In this document: positions 59,161 through 64,000 of the stretch, piece after piece
Position numbering within the stretch: the first letter of the stretch is position 1
Layout of the letters: each line of letters begins with the position of its first letter
Assembly: GCA_965219345.1 (NCBI GenBank)
Contig: OZ244732.1
Coordinates: 96,001-160,000, forward strand
Length of the DNA stretch: 64,000 bases
Reading direction: 5' to 3'
Origin: Nitrosopumilus sp.
GTDB lineage: Archaea > Thermoproteota > Nitrososphaeria > Nitrososphaerales > Nitrosopumilaceae
The notes under the pieces: generated by a model
Seen by the model: only the letters and a program-made list of their open reading frames with translations
What the model was told of the DNA's origin: nothing
Database searches by the model: none
Made by a program: the position numbers and the translations under genes

Positions 59161-61827
59161 TCATCCTAAAATCATTGATTTTGCTCTTTCAACTGCCTCG
59201 TCTTTTTTAGATGTGTCTTTTCCTCCTCCTTGGGCAAATTTAGCATCTCCACCACCGGAACCGCCTAGAATTTCCGATATTTCCTTGGAAATTGAGCCTG
59301 CATCTACCCCCGATTGCTTACCTGAAAATACCATTATTCTAACTGTTGGACCAGCTTCAAAGATTCCACAATATGCAGCTTTTGGGTCTTGCACCAGTTT
59401 TTTGCCAAAGTTTTGATGAAAATACTCATCATAATTACTACTAGCTGTAAAGCACAACTTGTTCTTCACCATAATTCCATCAAGATCTCCTGATTCTCCA
59501 GCTAGAACTTTTTCTAATAGAACAGAAATCTTTTCTCTAGCTTTTTGCTTGTTTTCTTCTCTCTGTTTTTCTATAATCTCTTTTTGAGCTGATTCTTCAG
59601 CTAGTTCTGATTGTTTTACCTTTTGTTGTTCAACATATTGATTAGCAGTTGGTCCGGAAACAAATTCTATTCGAACAACTCCATCCTGAATTCGTTTTGT
59701 TCTAGTAATTTTGATTAGTTCAATCTCTTTTGTCTTTTTGACATGAGTTCCGCCACAAGCTTCAACATCAAAGTCTTCGATGGATACAATTCTAACTGAT
59801 TTGACAGGAACTACTCCTCCTTGGTAAATTTTAAATCCATATTTCTGTTCAGCAGTACCTCGGTCATAATTTTCAATGGTCACTGACATGTCTTTTGCAA
59901 CTATTTCGTTTGCAGCTTTTTCAATGTCTGCTACTTGTTGATCAGTTAGTGAAGAATGGTGTGTTATATCTAATCTGGCATGATCAGCTTCTTTGAATGC
60001 AGAGTGTTGCCAAACCCATGAACCCAAAGTTTTACGAGCTGATGAATTTAGAATGTGTGTACTGGTATGGTTTTTAGTAATGTTAGAACGACGAGTCTCA
60101 TCAACTATACATGGAACGGTCTCTCCTTCTTTTGGAATCTCTCCCTCCAGCTTGTGCAAAATTACACCGCCATGTTTGTTCACATCAACAACTTTCGAGC
60201 CCGATATGGTTCCATAATCTGGCTCTTGCCCTCCTCCTCTAGCATAAAATGAAGTCTTATCCAATGCCACCAAATCATCAATTACTCTGAGAACTTTGGC
60301 ATCAAATGACATTGGATCATCGGAATAAAATAACATCGCAGTTTCAGGAAGATCCTCAATGGATGGTTGCTCTGCGGTCTTTTTCTTGTCTGACTGGTGC
60401 AGATCAGAGAGTTTCTCATAAAATGACGAGGGAATTTCAGAGATTGCATCTATCTCTTTGAGATATTCAGGTGTAATTCCATCTGACTCGTATAGTGTGA
60501 TTAGTTCATCAACTGATGGTGTTCCCTTTTCACGAATTTTATCTGCCTTTTTCTTCATGTGTACTTTGGATTCAACATGTCTCTGGGATTCTATCTTTAG
60601 GATAGTTTTGACGTCTTGTCTTTTTCCATCAAGTTCTGGATAGGTATCTTTGAGATAGTCAATATGCATGTCCACCAATCCATCAATGTCTAGCTTGAGA
60701 TTCATTCTATCTATTGTTCCATTAATTCTTCTAATCATCATTCTGAGATTATACCCACCACCAACATTGCTTGGCAGGGCACCATCAGCTATTGCAAAGA
60801 TCAGAGTACGAAGATGATCTGCAATTAGATACATTCCTTCAAGTGGTGTGATAATTTTTCTTACTTGATCATCAGTCAGTCCTGCAGAACCAACGGCATG
60901 TTTCCTTACATCAATCAAATCATCATAAATCTCAAGATTCTTTGCAATTGCTGTAAAGTATTTTCGTAACATCTCAGAATCTGAATCGGTTCCTATCTTC
61001 TCAAATAGATGATTAGTAATTGGGCCAAAACAGCAGTCATATGCAGTAGGAGTTCCTTTTGTAATCCATGCAAGTCTCTCAAGACCTGCTCCCATGTCTA
61101 TGATTTTCTGGTCAAGAATGGTATGCTTGCCTAGCTCACCCTGAAATTCAGTAAATACCGCATTTCCAAGCTCCAGTCCTCTAACAAAATACTCTAGTGA
61201 TGAGCCAAATGAACCGCCGCCGGCCCAGACATCCTCAACAAAGACAACCTCCTCTTTCTTTATTCCAAATTGCTCAGTTAGTAATCTAAAGTCCAAATCA
61301 ACACATTCGTCTTTCCAGTAACCATCATTATTTGGAATGCTGTGTTGTCCTATCATACAAAAGCTAGAAAAGTGTCTGCCAGTTACTCCGACATTTTCTA
61401 AATCCTTGAAACGCAAACAAGTCTGTGGTACTACTAGAGGATTTGCAGGAAACTCAAAGACTACCTTGGAACCCATCACTCTCTGAAAGTCAACAATTGA
61501 TGCTATAGTAAAATACAGATCATCACGCCAACGACACACAACAGGATATCTGCTAACTGAAGTGTGACCATTCTTTACAAAAAATTCTTCGACTTGCTTC
61601 CAAGCTTCTGTATAATCAAATCTCTTGGTTGTTGGAGGTTCTCCAATGAATGAATACGTATCATCTGCATCCTCCGGACACATATCTCGTCCAGAATCTA
61701 GGGTCCAAAAGAATCTGCCACATTTCGAACAAGACTTTCTAACAAAACCTTGTTCTTCGAATAGCTTGACTTTGTAGTATCTGTCAGAATCTGCTGAAAA
61801 TTCCTTTAGAATCTCTTTTTTATCCAA
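59161..61827 (-). CDS. alaS: Alanine--tRNA ligase (archaeal type)
   Basis: RWRDDLYFTIASI, GLELGNAVF, ADHLRT, HTSTH, CGGTH, GGGG...AQGGG. Confidence 0.97.
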   Translation of the reverse strand: MDKKEILKEFSADSDRYYKVKLFEEQGFVRKSCSKCGRFFWTLDSGRDMCPEDADDTYSFIGEPPTTKRFDYTEAWKQVEEFFVKNGHTSVSRYPVVCRWRDDLYFTIASIVDFQRVMGSKVVFEFPANPLVVPQTCLRFKDLENVGVTGRHFSSFCMIGQHSIPNNDGYWKDECVDLDFRLLTEQFGIKKEEVVFVEDVWAGGGSFGSSLEYFVRGLELGNAVFTEFQGELGKHTILDQKIIDMGAGLERLAWITKGTPTAYDCCFGPITNHLFEKIGTDSDSEMLRKYFTAIAKNLEIYDDLIDVRKHAVGSAGLTDDQVRKIITPLEGMYLIADHLRTLIFAIADGALPSNVGGGYNLRMMIRRINGTIDRMNLKLDIDGLVDMHIDYLKDTYPELDGKRQDVKTILKIESQRHVESKVHMKKKADKIREKGTPSVDELITLYESDGITPEYLKEIDAISEIPSSFYEKLSDLHQSDKKKTAEQPSIEDLPETAMLFYSDDPMSFDAKVLRVIDDLVALDKTSFYARGGGQEPDYGTISGSKVVDVNKHGGVILHKLEGEIPKEGETVPCIVDETRRSNITKNHTSTHILNSSARKTLGSWVWQHSAFKEADHARLDITHHSSLTDQQVADIEKAANEIVAKDMSVTIENYDRGTAEQKYGFKIYQGGVVPVKSVRIVSIEDFDVEACGGTHVKKTKEIELIKITRTKRIQDGVVRIEFVSGPTANQYVEQQKVKQSELAEESAQKEIIEKQREENKQKAREKISVLLEKVLAGESGDLDGIMVKNKLCFTASSNYDEYFHQNFGKKLVQDPKAAYCGIFEAGPTVRIMVFSGKQSGVDAGSISKEISEILGGSGGGDAKFAQGGGKDTSKKDEAVERAKSMILG

Positions 61828-61905
61828 CGTTGAGCATGCTCCAATCCAATATTAAGAATTGTCTGTTAATAATAAATTAAATACACTACATAATTCAGTT
61901 AACTC

Positions 61906-62415
61906 ATGTTTGGAAAAAAGCTTGCTCTGAAAGAAGGGGCTCATGTTTTCTCTGTTAAAAAAAATGGTGATTTTAACGACTTTATCTTTGGTGTAATTAC
62001 GGGTGTAGATGGCAGGCAAGTGGGGGTTAACGGCGTAATTGTCAATCCTGTTGGGCTCAAAAATAAGATAGAACAAGGAAAGACAGGAGACCGCTCCCGA
62101 GAGATACTTGAGAACCCAACCCCCGATAACGTTGTTCTAGCTTTAGTGTATAGAGTGGAATACGAAAATTTTGCTGAAATACTGGATCTTGATAAAGACA
62201 GATGCGATCTTATTCCTCCCCAGGTCTATTCAATGATGGATGGCTGGATTCGAGAATCTCTGTCAGAATTTCTCAATAATGTATTATCACTGCCTCTTGG
62301 TTCAGAGAGAGATGAAGCAAAACGGGTTTTGAAAAACAGAATGGATACTTTGATTGATAAAAACCTGAAAAGAACACTCTATTCCGTTTGTCGAAGTCTC
62401 AAGGTCTTGAACTAG
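61906..62415 (+). CDS. Conserved hypothetical protein
   Basis: 169-aa ORF divergent from alaS. Confidence 0.75.
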   Translation: MFGKKLALKEGAHVFSVKKNGDFNDFIFGVITGVDGRQVGVNGVIVNPVGLKNKIEQGKTGDRSREILENPTPDNVVLALVYRVEYENFAEILDLDKDRCDLIPPQVYSMMDGWIRESLSEFLNNVLSLPLGSERDEAKRVLKNRMDTLIDKNLKRTLYSVCRSLKVLN

Positions 62416-62508
62416 ATTTCAAATTTTAGGCATATTTCTAGTTCTGTTTTGTCATCAGTTGTTTTCTACCTGTCCTATGTTTTGTAAATCTCTTAAACAG
62501 GTTCAAAT

Positions 62509-62760
62509 ATGATAGAAGGACTTGAAGAAAGAATGTTTGAACCAAAGTTATTGCCATCATACCTTGATGCAGGCAAAGCGGTGGAAAAAGCTACAGAATT
62601 TCTTGAGGATTATCATAATATGATTGATCTTAAATCTGCTGAATTAATAGGAGGTGTTTGGAAACTTATTTTTGATGTTGGATTTTTGAATGTGCAATTA
62701 AAGGAAGTTTCGGTAGATGCCATTAGTGGTAAAATAAGAGGATATACTGATGCCGATTAA
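62509..62760 (+). CDS. Small PepSY-like fold protein
   Basis: A.E.A..FL...W...F...V.VDA.SGKI. Confidence 0.55.
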   Translation: MIEGLEERMFEPKLLPSYLDAGKAVEKATEFLEDYHNMIDLKSAELIGGVWKLIFDVGFLNVQLKEVSVDAISGKIRGYTDAD

Positions 62761-63181
62761 AATAGAAATACCAGAATTAAAAGAAAAACCAAAGGAAGGA
62801 ACCGAAGAGCAAAAAGAGGCAGTAGAAAGATACGCAAAGCTGGCGTTGTATTACAGTAATAACGCCTCACTTTTTCTTAAACAAAAAGAATTTCAAAAAG
62901 CAGGTGAAATGATGTGGGGTGCTATGGCTTCAATTTTAAAGGCTGTGGCAGCAAAAAAGGGGAAAAAAGTAGAAGGACATTCACAACTTTTTACTCTAGC
63001 TGCAAAATTAACAAAAAATTTAGATGACAAACAAATCTATACGGCATTTTTAGAAGCAAGTCACCTACACAAAAATTTCTATGAATCTGACATTACAGAG
63101 AAAGAACTGCGATTACAGATAAAATCGATTGCTAAAACAATTGGTAAATTAGTAGAACATTTAGGGTATAGAGCCCGCTAA
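62750..63181 (+). CDS. PaREP1 family protein
   Basis: QKAGEMMWGA, H..L, A..LH.NFYE. Confidence 0.85.
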   Translation: MPIKIEIPELKEKPKEGTEEQKEAVERYAKLALYYSNNASLFLKQKEFQKAGEMMWGAMASILKAVAAKKGKKVEGHSQLFTLAAKLTKNLDDKQIYTAFLEASHLHKNFYESDITEKELRLQIKSIAKTIGKLVEHLGYRAR

Positions 63182-63216
63182 GATTTTTAATTAATTTTGT
63201 TTTTTTGAAAAAATTA

Positions 63217-63375
63217 TTAACATGCTGTAAATGGATCAAATATTATATGTCCTCTTACTCCGCATTTAGAACACTCCTCTTTTTTTAATCCTTCCTCTTT
63301 CAACATACCTTTTGGTATGCCATAACACTCTGAATGTCCACAATTCTCACATTTGCCAGCCACATTATATGACAA
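63217..63375 (-). CDS. 52-aa zinc-ribbon microprotein (not in ORF track)
   Basis: TTG start; ...GKCENCGH...EECSKCGV... Confidence 0.5.
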   Translation of the reverse strand: MSYNVAGKCENCGHSECYGIPKGMLKEEGLKKEECSKCGVRGHIIFDPFTAC

Positions 63376-63534
63376 TGAGTTGTGTCAAAGGAAAAATTAT
63401 TTAATTGTTCTTACCATGTTGTGTATCTTCTCATTGAATCATCCATCATACTAACCAATCAACAACTAATCAAGCACATTTCACGCCTAATTTCTCCATA
63501 GTTTTATATTATGCCCTAAGAAAATCTCGATGCA

Positions 63535-63858
63535 ATGGAATATGTTTACGCCGCTTTACTTCTTCACAAGCTAAAACAAGAAGTCAATGAGACAAACATC
63601 AGCTCAGTTGTAAAGGCATCTGGTACTGATGTCAACGAAGCCCAAGTTAAGGCACTAGTTGCAGCATTAGCCGATGTAAATATCGATGATGCAGTCAAAG
63701 CCGCACCTGTAGCAGTTGCAGCAGCAACAGCAGCAGCAGCCACCGCCGCACCAGCAGCAGATGCAGCCGGTAATGAGGCAAAGAAAGAGAAAGCACCAAA
63801 AGCCGATGGCAAGACCGAAGAAGCAGCCATGGAAGGATTGTCTTCTCTGTTTGGCTAG
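63535..63858 (+). CDS. rpl12: 50S ribosomal protein L12 (P1/P2 stalk)
   Basis: MEYVYAALLLH, Ala-rich hinge, GLSSLFG. Confidence 0.97.
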   Translation: MEYVYAALLLHKLKQEVNETNISSVVKASGTDVNEAQVKALVAALADVNIDDAVKAAPVAVAAATAAAATAAPAADAAGNEAKKEKAPKADGKTEEAAMEGLSSLFG

Positions 63859-64000
63859 ATAACTTTCAATTTTAGTTCTTTATTTTCATTAATTTGATTA
63901 AAAAAATGAAAACCATCTACTATGGAATAATTATAGCAATTGCATTTTCTGTGCTTCTTACTAATGCTTTTTTTGGCCATTTGATCTTTACATCTGAAAC

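Noticed and set aside
63564-63830. Ala-rich minus-strand ORF and the many other short antisense ORFs inside core genes
   Set aside because: Shadows of well-supported genes on the opposite strand.

Overview
Archaeal chromosome segment, most likely from an ammonia-oxidising Nitrosopumilus-like thaumarchaeote. This is inferred from the archaeal LeuRS, AlaRS and rpl12, a PaREP1 gene, and IPSWIKNNAGWW repeats. Positions 1-26.2 kb are core genome: pgk, sufB-sufD-Rieske-sufS-sufU, hemL-hemC-cobA-hemD, an aquaporin, SbtA/SbtB, PiT/DUF47 and an ABC-2 exporter. They also hold several tiny Cys-rich ORFs below the ORF-track cutoff, including a metallothionein-like peptide. A visibly more AT-rich accessory island of about 30 kb runs from tRNA-Glu(CTC) (26279-26353) to leuS. 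Its centre looks like an archaeal variant of a Dpd (7-deazaguanine-in-DNA) modification/restriction system. It has queE and queD, and a plus-strand operon of HTH-SWIM protein, P-loop ATPase, unknown protein, DEAH helicase, DUF1998-like partner and PLD nuclease (DpdH/J/K- or DISARM DrmABC-like). This converges on a minus-strand pair: a PUA-less tRNA-guanine-transglycosylase paralogue (DpdA-like) directly abutting a gene for a PCNA sliding clamp fused to a winged-helix-like C-terminal domain. No dpdB, dpdC or methyltransferase is recognisable. The PCNA-fusion/TGT pairing is the most novel signal. The island also carries AbiV- and Swt1-like HEPN, PIN, DUF3883-like, SRA-like, Holliday-resolvase-like and RusA-like genes. 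It further holds an inverted pair of Zn-finger microgenes and a virus-like chain of about 14 tiny ORFs divergent from a CARF-like/wHTH regulator. All calls come from motif reading; no searches were run.
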